A stretch of 53,920 bases of DNA, counting the filler, from Circinaria calcarea (lineage: Eukaryota): the NCBI GenBank assembly GCA_051942165.1. It is 3 parts of 3 records of this genome, joined end to end, with 100 filler letters (N's around TTAATTAATTAA, not from the genome) between each part and the next. Parts side by side here need not be neighbours in the genome. Positions count along the whole stretch, not along the records: positions 1 to 17,918 come from JAVECS010000249.1; positions 18,019 to 35,921 come from JAVECS010000250.1; 1 more part is not named here. The stretch is one strand, 5' to 3'. The notes under the pieces were generated by a model that saw nothing but the letters and a program-made list of their open reading frames with translations, ran no database searches and was not told where the DNA came from. Of the stretch, positions 10,323 through 22,692 are shown in pieces; the first letter of the stretch is position 1; each line of letters begins with the position of its first letter. Made by a program: the position numbers and the translations under genes.

Positions 10323-12610
10323 ATGGCGACAAGAGCCACAGAGTCCAAGGCCGAGTCTGCCACTCAGTTCGCTCGACAAGCCGAACGGCTTTCTCTCCTA
10401 ACACAGCGCCGGCAGAATGAAGATTCATGTGCGACTGCCGCCGTTGAGGCTCAATTCGTGACTCCTAGAGACCCAGTTGTCCGGACCGCGAACGGAGGAC
10501 GCTTACCCGCCGTACCCTTGGACGAGGCTCGCAAACTCAATGAGCTGAAAGATCAGGTCGAACGAGACTCAGTAAACGGACCTACGGCCGCGGCTGATGG
10601 AGGTCAACAGAGGCAGCAGGACGGTGATGCGCTCGCGCAAAAGGCTCCGAGTGAGGAAACACTCAGTGGACCTGACCGTGAAGAGGCGTCCGAATCCTCG
10701 ACGAAACCAGAGCCGACCTTATATACCGCCTTGCTTCCTTCAACCACCCACCCTCTTTTCCCCTCTCTCCCATTGTACGGGCCACCAACTCTAGCGCGGG
10801 ATCTCCAATGTGCCTTCTTCCGAGTCTCGTCTTCCGTTTTATCACTATGCTTTCTAGGCGTCATTGTCCTTGGTTCGATATTTACAAGTATACCCCTGAT
10901 GTGCCGGCATGTTGGCTTGCGCCTTACATTCCGAAATCCCAACGCGCGCCGGCCTTTTCACGCAGAAGAGGAGAAACGGAAACACATCAGACAAGAACAA
11001 GCCAAGGCATGGAAGCACCGTCGACGGCGGAAAAGCAGTGTCGCTAGGCACATGGAAAATTGTGAGGAAGGCGCCGGCAGTGAATTCGAGCCTACGGAAG
11101 GTAGAAAAGACCCCCTAATTTGTGACGTGGCATACTACGCTCGTAGGGTGGGCTTGGACGTCGAAGAGTTCAAGGTTCTTACCGAGGATGGGTTTGTCCT
11201 TACATTATGGCACGTCTATCATCCGAAAGAATACACTCCTGCCTCGTGCGAACGTCGCGCTTACAGGCAGCCGGAAGTCTTCCCAGAGGGACATGTTGCA
11301 GCGGGTCAGACCCATGGCGCTACCGGCTCGCAGTATCCGAGTGGGAAAAAGAGGTATCCAGTCCTTCTCGTTCATGGTTTGCTACAGAGCGCTGGTGCAT
11401 ACTGCTGTAATGACGACGACAGCCTCGCGTTTTACCTGTGTAAAAGGTGTGACTTGTGCTCCCGATAAGGTTACGAACGCTGACCTTCGAAAGTGGCTAC
11501 GACGTTTGGCTAGGTAACAATAGATGTGGGTTTGAGCCTGAACATCAACTTCTCGAGTATCCTGATCCCCGAATGTGGGCATGGAATATCCGTCAGATGG
11601 GTGTGATGGATCTTCCCGCCCTCATTTCTCGTGTCCTTTCAGAAACGGGGTTTGAGAAGCTAGGCTTGGTTTGCCATTCGCAAGGTACAACAGAGGCATT
11701 CGTTGCACTGGCAAAGGAGCAAAGGCCAGACCTTGGCAGCAAGATTAGTGTCTTTTGCGCATTAGCACCTGCCGTCTACGCTGGCCCACTCATTGGAAAG
11801 ATGTACCTAAAATTCATGCGCATTATTTCAACGAGGATGTTTCGCGTGTTCTTCGGTATACACGCATTCATACCCTTTATGATGACTATGCATTCGCTGT
11901 TGCCGGGCAACTTTTATGGCGCTTTAGGGTATCGGGCCTTCTCCTTTCTTTTCAACTGGACCGACGAGCGTTGGGACCAAGGGCTCCGCGACAGGTTTTT
12001 TCAGTTCGCTCCTGTATACGTTAGTGCAGAAAGTATGCGGTGGTGGCTTGGCCGAGAATGCTTCGCTACGCAGAAGTGCATACTCGCGACAAGAGAGGAG
12101 GCAGAGCAAGAGGATGAGGAAGATGAAGACGGAGAGGAGAACTATTGTGTACATGAACGAATTCACCCCACTGAAAAGTCTGGTGACGATAGCAAGGGTA
12201 GCCCGACTCGGTCCATTGGCCGGACCGCTTGGTACGATGAGCAAATCCCTCCTATAGCGCTCTGGATCGGTGGATCGGATGAACTAGTCGATGGGAGGAG
12301 ACTGCTCCGCCGGTTCGAACGGGGTCGGGAACCCTTTGTGCGTATTGTCCATTCGAAAATCATAGAAGAATATGAGCATCTCGATTTCCTATGGGCGTTG
12401 AGTGCATCATACACTGTTCACGCGGAGATACGGGATATTTTGTTAGCCCCCCTCTTACCCGCACCCTGACACTAGAGTCTAGATGGAACACTGACTGAAC
12501 CATATAGGTGGAAAACCGCGTCCTCGGAATCTCGGGGCGTGTGCCGCATCCCCAAGGGATGCGAAGACGTCGGTATATGGAAGGATCCAAAGAGGTGGGA
12601 AGCAGCATGA
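10323..12610 (+). CDS. Alpha/beta-hydrolase lipase, sterol-esterase (Yeh1/Tgl1-like) family; 3 exons
   Basis: Motifs TEDGFVLTLWH, VHGLLQS, GYDVWLGNNR, nucleophile elbow CHSQG, GSDELVD and YEHLD; one N-proximal TM segment. Introns 11447-11493 and 12442-12507. The last exon (LWKTASSESRGVCRIPKGCE...) is missed by the ORF track. Confidence 0.88.
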
Positions 12611-13685
12611 TTATATCTAGGGATATATACATATGTACATATTAGGCAGGGAACCAGACTACCCCATTTAGGAGTTCAATTAAAACATAGAAGCTATTAA
12701 GCGTTCCATCGACAACTTGCATACCATTGACAAGTGATCCCTCCGCGGCGAAAAAAACCCCCACCAAGTAAAGAAAACATTTCTCAAAACCCACATGCTC
12801 TTTCCTATCCTCGACGCTCTGGTAATGTTCCCTACAATTAAGCTACCCCCTTGGCCGATTCCTTTACCAATCTTCCACCTTTCACTTCTCAAACTCCCCC
12901 CCTTTTCCTCTTAAACCCTCCCTCTCTCTTCCCTTTTGAAAAAACCACTCGAAACTCCAAAACATCATTTCGAATCCAGCATTTTCCTATCCTTTAATTT
13001 CAAAGTCGAGGGTGGTGAGTGCGCGTTCCCAATGGCGGAGCAGATGGGTTAAATGGCGTTTAGGAGAGCATTAGAGGGGTTTGTACAGGGAGTGCTACGG
13101 CGTTCGAGTTGAAAGGTTGGGAGAGGGGAGGGGACTGACAGAATAGAGTAGGAGAATAAGAACAGTGGGAAGGGGGACAAGGAGATAGGATGGGTAGGTA
13201 TACCGGAATCTTGAGCCAACGGGAATGAGTAGAATCGTGTGAGTGGTTATTCGGTCTAGTGTGGACTGATGTTGGTAAGGTAGAGAGGACTGAGGGATTC
13301 AGATGGGTTTAGCTGCTTGGGCTAGGGTAGGTACTCTCGAAGTCTAGGTATTGTGTCGTCGTAGCTATTTCTTTCGGTTTGACGACTTTAACATGGATGT
13401 CCAGATTATGATATGGCTCGCTACCAGAGTGTAGTCCAGAACCCATTGGGACCAATTGATGGCACTAAGATATTCTACACAGGAAAGAAATCACACACGT
13501 GCTCTCTGTCGGACCCTACTTTTCGAACACAGGATTCCGAGAAAATGCTAGGAAATTTCTGTCATCCATTTACCTACTGCGGATTCTTTTCCCTTCCATC
13601 TTTCGCTTCAGGGACTCCAAGCTCCATCTGCAAAGTCTCATCCCGAGAGCTGTACCGCTAGAGGAGGCTCACGTTCTTCAACAGC

Positions 13686-14629
13686 ATGACTACGGAAGCG
13701 AAGGTGCCAACGATCACAAAATCGAGCATGAAACCTGCGATGGACTCTTCTGAGTTAAGTGAGTCCCTAGTTCAGATCCTGTCATGACAGTTATAGTGTC
13801 TGAGAAATCCTAGTGGGCTGACTTTTCTGCCAACAGTCACCCTTGACGAATTCTGCTCTCGCTTGAATCCTAACCGGGTTACTTTTCCTGGATGTCCGTT
13901 GTCTCTTCCATGCGCCACAGGTTCGGTTACCGAGAGAATTGTTAGGGAGATGTACAACACGCATTTGGGCGAAGTACTCGAGGTGCTGGACCAGCATAAA
14001 ATCCGTAAACGCCGCGTCGACCTCGTTTCCATCTGGAAGTGGGACGGACCTAAGAAGCCAACTCTTCAGATATACGCCGACGATGAAGGTATTACCTCTT
14101 GGCCGACGGTAGCAGAGCAGCTCTACAATCTATTTCCCGAAGGCATGCCGAGGGCTTTCAACTGGAGCTGCGAGGTCCCAAACGTATCGACATATATGCC
14201 TTTCCAGAAGCGGTTGCACCGCAGGACTGTGAATATTTCAGTTCCAAGGCTCCACAGCTGGACAACATATTGCACCAATCCTTGGGAGATGATCTTGAAG
14301 CGTTTGGATTGTACATGTGCGGGGATAAAGTATCCGAGGCCACGTCTGGACCGCTGAAAACAACCATTTTGATCTACGTCAAGCCCAGGGTACGACATGA
14401 TTGGGCCGGCATCATGGCTTGTGCCCGAACCATAATCTCGACTGATCGGGTTGCAATCTGGTTCCAAGAGGCCCAGATACTCGATCTGGTCCAGCGAACT
14501 GCTTCCGAAGAAAACAAGAGTTTGGAGGAGCACATTAGGCGAATGAGAGCAGAGCGTAGGCTCAGTTTCAGGTTCCGCAAGATTGTCAAGAGTATTTGGC
14601 GAGGGCCGCGCATCGAAAAGGGTATTTGA
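13686..14629 (+). pseudogene. Frameshifted hypothetical gene with an internally duplicated module (pseudogene or sequencing error)
   Basis: ATG 13686, intron 13759-13836, then ORF 13863 frame. The protein-like sequence switches to the ORF 14099 frame near 14133-14140 (tatttcccga). Confidence 0.55.
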
Positions 14630-15221
14630 TTTGAAATATGCCGATTTGCTTTGCCAGAGGAAAAACATTAGGGGGGTTTGTGTATCAGAATTACTCCCAA
14701 GAAAAACATGCGAGGACTTTACGCACCAGACCCTATCTCTGTTTGTGGAAACTCTGTGACCGACTCATACGATTAGCTTGCCATAAGCCAGAAGAGTTTT
14801 CTCACTCTTTATGCCTACAGCAGCAATTACACATATACTATGCACTTATAACAACGGTTGAACTCCTATAGTCGATGGCGACCTTGTAAGTGCATGTAGA
14901 GTACTCCAACGAGGTCGAGTTATAAAAGCTCGTCAGGACTAATATGCATTGGAAAGAGATATGTCATGCCCCTGCATTCTGGCAATGAAAGTTCATGGGT
15001 AAGAAGTAATCAAATATAAACTCCTAGATGCTCTGATATATACGAAAGGTAGAAATCAGATTGATAAGCCTTCTCCTCAGCTTCATTCAGAATCGCATGA
15101 GTGCAATTGTTCCGACTTGCCAGTAGTAATCCCAAGTTGCCACTAAGCAAGCGGGGTAAATTTGACGCGCACACGCAGTTAGCGCCGGGCGGGAATCTTC
15201 GGCAGCCGGAGAAACCCTCTT

Positions 15222-15259
15222 TTATCTCCTTATCTATCGGACGTCCCCGTAAGTGATAG
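15222..15259. promoter_or_regulatory. Cluster of four HGATAR (AreA/NIT2-type GATA) sites
   Basis: TTATCT 15222, TTATCT 15230, CTATCG 15234 and TGATAG 15254 lie within 40 bp, ~290 bp upstream of an amino-acid permease. Confidence 0.5.
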
Positions 15260-15534
15260 GACCACCAGCATAAAAGCACCGAGAGAGTGGTGGGTATGAG
15301 AGAAGAACCCGTTTTGCCCCTCCTTGCCAACCTCGTTCGCGGAGCTGGCTCTTATTGGACCTGCCATTGAGAGATAGTGTGGTCCGCCTTCTTCGTCTGC
15401 ATCAATCTAGCCTGGAACATTACCCTATATCTATAATGACGCCCCCTCGCAACAGTGCCGTGCCTTCAAGTCCCTATTCCCGCGAATAGCAGGGTGGATT
15501 CTTCGTCAAAAATACCTACAAAAACCCTCCCATC

Positions 15535-17377
15535 ATGGCTGAGTCGCGCGGATATAGTATCTCTTCGGCGCGGAGGAAGTCAGTCGCAGAACATGCCGTA
15601 ACTTCTGTACTCAGCAGCGGAGAAGTACCGATCTATGAGCGCGACTTGACCGCGGACGACGAGGTACTGGCAGCCCTGGGATACAAGCCCGAATTCAAAC
15701 GGGAATTTAGCCTGTGGACAACTTTTTGCGTCAGCTTCGCCGTTCTGGGCTTACTTCCTTCGTTCGCCGCGACTTTATACTATGGCATGGGGTACGCAGG
15801 AACGCCGGGAATGGTCTGGGGTTGGCTCATCGCGATGGTCTTTATTCAGTGCGTGGCGATGAGTATGGCCGAGCTATGCTCGTCTATGCCAACTAGTGGA
15901 GGGCTCTACTACGCGTCTGCTGTGCTGGCTCCACCTGGTTATGGCCCATTTGCTGCTTGGGTAACTGGCTGGTCAAATTGGCTGGCTCAAGTTACTGCGG
16001 CTCCATCCGTGGATTATGCTCGTAAGCATACTATGAGGTACAAATGGAAATATAACACTTACATCTTCCAGTCGCTGCCATGGTTTTAGCTGCCGCCTCA
16101 ATCAACAGTCCAGCCTATTTCCCGGAGGCGTGGCATGTGTTCCTTCTGACGTCGCTACTCATGCTCATTCATGCATGTATTAGCAGCATGCCAACAAGAT
16201 GGATCGCAAACTTCAATTCTGTTGGATCTTCTTTCAACATGATTGCCCTCTTCATTGTAATCATTATGATACCCGCCGGTACAAATAGAGAATCACAAGG
16301 GCTGCCACGCTTCACGCCATCCTCACAGGTGTGGGGCAACCTCTACAATGGAACAGATTTTCCTGAAGGACTTGCTGTCTTGATGTCGTTCGTTGGAGTT
16401 TTGTGGTCGATGAGTGGGTACGACAGTGCCTTTCACCTGAGCGAAGAATGTGCCAATGCCAACATCGCCTCGCCGAGAGCAATTGTCTTGACTTCGGCGA
16501 CTGGTGGACTTTTTGGTTGGTTTCTTCAGCTCGTCGTCGCCTATACGGTTATTGATATCCCCAGCGTCATCACTTCCGACCTTGGGCAGCCTTGGGCAGC
16601 GTATCTACTTCAGGTGATGCCCCAGAAAACTGCTCTTGCCATCCTCGCTCTTACGATCATGGGCGCATTTTCTATGGGCCAGGGCTGCATGGTGGCTGCC
16701 TCTCGGGTCACCTTTGCTTACGCTCGTGATGGTTGCTTTCCCTGCTCCTGGTGGATTAAGCGTGTCGATCGGCATACACAGACTCCTGTCAATGCAGTCT
16801 GGTTCAATACGGCCATTGGCATTTGCATGACTCTATTGATATTTGGTGGTACTGTTGCAATTGGCGCCATCTTTTCCATCGGGGCTGTTGCTGCTTTCGT
16901 TGCATTCGCCATCCCTATCTTCATTCGAGTTTTCTTCGTGGGAGATAGGTTCAGACCCGGACCATGGAATCTGGGCAGGTTCAGTACCCCTATTGGAGTC
17001 ATTGCCTGTGCGTTTGTGCTTGTCATGGTGCCCGTACTGTGCTTGCCCAGTCTTACAGGCGCAAATCTTGAGTACGTCCTCATTCTGATTTTCTTCAGAT
17101 ACAAATTTACTAACCAAGACTCGCCAGCCCATCGACGATGAATTGGACATGTCTCGTATACGGGGCGCCCATGCTATGTGCCGTGATGTGGTGGGTTGTA
17201 AGCGCGCGCCACTGGTTCAAGGGGCCGAAAGTCAACATCGAGCATCAGATACTCGGAAGGGAGGAAAATATCATGTATGGCAAGGATGGGAGTGACAAGA
17301 ATGGAGGGTCAAGCGCCAATAGTCTCACTAAGGACATGCGTGATCTATCCGATCGAAAAGCTACAGATTTGGCTTGA
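15535..17377 (+). CDS. APC-superfamily amino acid/polyamine permease (Uga4/Tpo5-like); 3 exons
   Basis: Motifs LGYKPEFKREFS, MAELCSSMPTSGGLY, GYDSAFHLSEE, ASRVTFAYARDG and MNWTCLV...WFKGP; ~12 TM segments. Introns 16022-16071 and 17072-17127. Confidence 0.92.
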
Positions 17378-17582
17378 TCCAAGGGCTCTCATTGTACAGC
17401 TGGAACTCTGCATAGCCATAGGACCGTCCATCGTACCCTTTCTATTTCATATACATGGATGTATTTATTGTTCCAAATTGAAAAGCATCAAGGGTATCCT
17501 GTATTAGGGTCTGACCTGAGATCCAGTTTGACAACGGCTTCTTTCCCTGTGCCCGAAAATCCTAACCTTAACTTTAAGATGT

Positions 17583-17777
17583 TTTGCTCAGGTAGCTCCC
17601 ATGACCAAGCCCTCTGAGCACCCTGAGCCAAACCCAATACTCAGATGGTTCTGATGCCAAGCTCTCTGAGCATTCTGAGCATCGGCGGTGTAGTTTCCCC
17701 CCGCCTCCGGTGTCACATGTCAGTAGTATGGCTGTAACGCCATAACATTGCTCAGTATGCTCATGGAGGTGAGCAAA
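17583..17777. promoter_or_regulatory. Cluster of TGCTCA/TGAGCA motifs (Mac1/CuRE-like) followed by a TATA-like element
   Basis: Seven exact TGCTCA/TGAGCA hexamers in 195 bp, bounded by inverted TTTGCTCA (17583) and TGAGCAAA (17770); TATATA at ~17792. Confidence 0.55.
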
Positions 17778-17918
17778 GTGAAGCAACGTATTATATAGGC
17801 AGGCAGGCTATTCCCGCTCTTTAAAATAGCATGCTTATGTCTAGACACATACGGAATAAACAATAGACCAATATTACTGTTCCGGTAATCGTGCACCACG
17901 GGAGTGAACTCTATCCCT

Positions 17919-18018
17919 NNNNNNNNNNNNNNNNNNNNNNNNNNNNNNNNNNNNNNNNNNNNTTAATTAATTAANNNNNNNNNNNNNNNNNNNNNNNNNN
18001 NNNNNNNNNNNNNNNNNN
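17919..18018. other. Assembly spacer (N44-TTAATTAATTAA-N44)
   Basis: 100-nt N run containing a six-frame stop linker. Confidence 0.98.
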
Positions 18019-18364
18019 GAGGGGAAAGAAATCAAAAATGGGGCAAGGTTTGGGAGAAATTGTGTGCGAAGGGGGAGGGGAGGGGGTGTGACTTATAGTT
18101 CTTTTTACAATGGAGAAGAAACAATAAGCGGCGCGGATAGGAGGTACGAGAATTAGGACCAGTGCAAATTCGAAGTAATAAACCTCTACTACTTCCTCGG
18201 AGCCAAAACACTCACACCAACAAGGAGAAAGGAGACATTGGAGTTTCAAAACGTTCAATTTCCTCTCCCATCCAAGAAAAATACAGCTCCCTGCATATAC
18301 TATGTACAAACCGACAAATCAAGTATGTTCCCCCCCAGGACCGTAGTCATCCATCCCCACAGCT

Positions 18365-21300
18365 TCAACTATGTCCCCCGATGAAATCACTCCAGCGCCG
18401 TACTTCAGGCGGGATGCCCTCCTTCCGGGGTAATCGAGCATTCATGCATTGCGCAAACAGGAGAGCCGTCTGCCTTCACAGTCAGCTATAATACAGACAA
18501 CCGTAGATTAAAGAAACATGCAAAACTGACCTTAGGCTCCATGAACAAGGGTACTCCAAAATCAACCGCGTTCCTCCTCATCACATAATCTTTATCCAAC
18601 AGCATCTTCGCCCGTTGGCTTGCCAGATTGAAAACCCCTCGGATGTCGTATTTTTGAAACACTTCCCTCAACGCCCGCTTATCCTCCACCGGGAACTCAA
18701 TAACCTCGACAGACACATCGCCCTTAACTGTCGATTCCAAATGCTGCTTGACGTCCTGACTGGCGGCGAACAGTTTGTACCCTAGAGGATTGAGATAGTC
18801 GACAATCGCTGATAGTTCCGGTTTCGAAGTGTCGCCTCCAAACAACAGGCCCTCACCAGGTTCCGGCACGCGGAAATTCATGGTGGACTGCAACGAGGTC
18901 CAGTATGCCTCAATAAGGTCTTTGCCGAAGCATGCAATCTCACCGGTACTCGACATTTCGACACCGAGGAAAGGATCGGCACCAGCTAATCGGGTCCAGG
19001 AAAACTGTGGTACTTTCGTCGCAAGGTAATCTCGTTTCACAGACATGAGATCCTGCGGTTCCGGCACATCGCGTCCGATCAACGCTTTGGTAGCAACGTC
19101 AATGAAGTTGGTTCCGAGTACCTTACTGACAAACGGGAACGACCTGGACGCACGGAGGTTGCACTCTATCACCTTGAGGGCTGGCTCACCACCGGACGGA
19201 TCATCGGCTTTGATGATTTGCATGTTGAACGGGCCCGTAATGCTCCATGCTTTGGCAACTTTCTGGGCGATTTCTTTGACTCGCGCCATAACTCCGGCCT
19301 CGAGGTTTACAGGCGGTAGAATTAGGGTCGCATCACCCGAATGAACTCCAGCTGGCTCCACATGCTCACTAACAGCATGAATGATGAGTTTTCCTGCAGA
19401 TCCAACCGCATCAACGTCAATCTCCTGAGCACCTTCGATGAATTTTGTAATGACAACGGGATGATCGGGCGAAACTGCACTGGCAGACACAAGTTTGTCT
19501 TTCAGCTCCTCTTGGCTTCGGATAACACTCATCGCTGCTCCTGATAACACATAACTGGGTCGAACGAGGACAGGATATCCCACTTCATCTGCAAAGGTCT
19601 GAGCAGCGGCAACTGATGTCAGTTCTTTCCAGGCAGGTTGGTCTACCCCAATACTGTCAAGAATCTGAGAAAATTTATGGCGGTCTTCTGCCTTATCAAT
19701 GTCTTGAGGATCTGTCCCAAGTACGTGAGCCTTGCCAGTCTCTTGTAACCGTAGAGCAATATTCTGCGGGAGTTGCCCTCCAACAGACACGACTACGCCG
19801 CTCGCAGATTCGAGTTCATATATGTCCATGACACGTTCGTAGCTGAGCTCTTCGAAGTATAACCTGTCGGCGGTATCGAAATCTGTCGAGTATGTCTCAG
19901 GATTGTAATTGATCATGACAGTCTTTTTACCCATGCTCCTAAGTGCAAGCGTCGCGTTTACCGCACACCAATCGAACTCAACTGAGCTTCCGATACGGTA
20001 AACACCACTGCCTAGAATGATGATGCCAGGATCATCGAAGCTAACGTCGTGCGAAGTAGCGTTGTAAGTGGTATATAGGTAATTTGTGTCCGCTGGGAAC
20101 TCAGCCGCAAGAGTGTCGATCTTCTTAACGAACGGTCGAATACCAAAACTTTTCCTCCTTGCTCTTACTTCGTCTTCGGTACTTCCCACACATGTAGCTA
20201 TTTGCTTGTCGGAGAAGCCCATCTTCTTGGCCTTGCTAACAAGCTCCTTTTTCAGCCCAAAGAGGCTTCCAACGTCTTTTAGCTCGTAATGTACATCAAC
20301 TATATTCTGCAATTTGTACAGGAACCATTTATCAATCTTTGTCAGCTCGTGAACTCTGTCGACCGAGTAGTCCTCATGTAGCATGGCCTGGCCGACAGCA
20401 AGCCATCTCCGGTCTGTGGGGTTGCGTAAAGTTTCATCCAAGTCATCGAACTTGTCACCCTGGAATCCGACATATCTTGGGTCTAGCTGCCGGATAGCCT
20501 TCTGGATTGACTCTTCGAACGTGCGACCGATTGCCATTACCTCGCCGACCGATTTCATAGAGCTGCCAATGTCCCGCCTTACGTGTTGAAATTTGCTCAA
20601 ATCCCAACGAGGGATCTTGGTCACAACGTAGTCCAGACTCGGTTCGAAGTTCGCTGTAGTTGTCTTGGTGACAGCGTTCGGTAGTTCCGGGAGAGTATGG
20701 CCAAGGCCGATCTTTGCGGCAGTGTATGCCAAAGGGTACCCAGTAGCTTTCGATGCCAGAGCAGAAGATCTGGACAGGCGAGCATTGACTTCGATCACCC
20801 TATAGTCTAAGCCATCGGGTTGCAGGGCATATTGAACGTTACATTCTCCTACAACCCCCAAATGTCGAACAATCTTGATGGCGGCCGTCCGAAGCATGTG
20901 GTATTCCTCGTCGCTAAGAGTCTGGCTTGGAGCTACCACGATGCTGTCACCAGTGTGGATACCCAAAGGATCGAAATTCTCCATATTGCAAACAGTAATG
21001 CAATTATTCGCCCCATCTCGCACAACCTCGTATTCCAGCTCTTTCCATCCTTTGAGAGATTTCTCAACCAAAATCTGTGGCGATAGTGTCAGGGACCTTG
21101 ATGACAGGTTCTTCAATTCCTCCTCATTATTGGCGAACCCTGAACCCAGGCCTCCTAGTGCATATGCTGATCTTACGATAATAGGATATCCGATCTGTTC
21201 GGCCGCGGCAAGAGCTTCATCAACGGTAGCTACAGCAATTGATTCCGCGATAGGTATGTTGATTTCCTTCAACGCTTTCGCGAAAAGATCACGGTCTTCA

Positions 21301-22030
21301 CTGGTCTTTAACGTGTTGATACTAGTGCCGAGTACTTTGACACCGTATCGATCCCAGATACCCATATCCTCCATCTTCACACCGAGATTAAGACCAGTCT
21401 GACCACCAAACGTCAAAAGCACACCATCTGGTTTCTCCCGCTCTATAACGTACGTGACATATTCCGGGGTGACCGGTAAATAATATACTTCGTCGGCTAG
21501 CTTATGGTCCGTCTGGATGGTTGCAATGTTCGGATTGATGAGGATGGATGCAACATTGGCTTCCTTCAAAGCTTTAAGAGCCTGAGACCCTGAGAGGAGA
21601 ACGCTGTTAGCCATTGAATCTTATCTCTGCATGTTAGACGGTCGATATGGACCACCCTGCAAACGATAAGGTGCAGTTCCGTCTACGTACCAGAGTAATC
21701 GAATTCCCCAGCTTGACCAATGGTTAGCCCTCCACTGCCAATGACAAGCACCTTTTTGACATCGACCAAGTTCTTCCCTCCGGCAAGTACACCACTGTTG
21801 ATATATGCCTTTGCACTCGGGGCCTCTTGTCCGGTTATGGCGTGCCTTGCGGAGCTGGTAAACGCCCTGCTTGATGACCATACCGGCGCAGGTTTTCTTC
21901 CAACTCCTAAAATAGATTTTGTGGGATTACGGATTGTGGAAAAGTTCCGAGCAATACGTGGAGAGCCATTGGTGAAGCAGCATCTCAAGAGGGTTGGGGG
22001 CTGCCCCGCTAGGCGCTTCAAGAGAGCCAT
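18365..22030 (-). CDS. CPA2: Arginine-specific carbamoyl-phosphate synthase large chain, mitochondrial; 3 exons
   Basis: Arg/Ser-rich presequence; KKVLVIGSGGLTIGQAGEFDYSG|GSQA; two ATP-grasp halves (ENFDPLGIHTGDS, IEVNARLSRS, EHVEPAGVHSGDA, IECNLRASRS); MGS-like tail. Introns 21590-21690 and 18470-18530. Confidence 0.96.
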
Positions 22031-22692
22031 TGAAGCTGGTAGAAAGAGAGTACGGGAGGACCAGAGCTGCCTGGATTGTCAGTAGACAGCCTCCAGGCGG
22101 ATTGATGTATTTTCCAAGTAGGAGGAGGCATGTGGTGTGCGAGCAGGAAAACTTTTGCTCGCCCCAATGCGGAGGAGATCCCTTTTTTTTTTCAAGCTTG
22201 TGACGATCACAACAGCCTTACGGATTACGAGGTATGGCGGTACCGGGAATGTTAGCCGCTATCTATCAGACTAATCAACGGGTAGCGATATCGGCCCCGC
22301 CAAACCCAATCATCCTTCTTCCTCGACGTACTCCCCTTACGTAGCAATTCCGTCGTGCGATAGTTGGACATTGCAACCAACAAAGTATTACCATCATAAG
22401 CTTAATAGACGGCTTAGAGCATCTTCAGGCCGGAAGATGAAAAACTTCCTTTAAGAAATTGATAGTATCATATGGAATTATCCTTTCTTTGGAATGTTGT
22501 CAAAAATAATATACACAAGTTGGGACAGAAAGAATAGGGAGAGACTGTTGACTCCCGCTTTCATACAATATATGACCATGGTATTTAATTCCTTCCACAA
22601 CCAGGCCAAGACTGTCAACAACACTCCCTGCAGCATGTAGTACGAATAAGGCAATCTTCTCGCCCAATACCATACATCACCTTACGTACTTT

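Noticed and set aside
17963..17974. TTAATTAATTAA palindrome (also at ~35966)
   Set aside because: Artificial six-frame stop linker inside N spacers.
22031..22692. Arginine attenuator uORF or CpcA control upstream of CPA2
   Set aside because: The attenuator peptide belongs to the small-subunit gene and no such uORF is seen. Only one imperfect TGACTC is present (22549).
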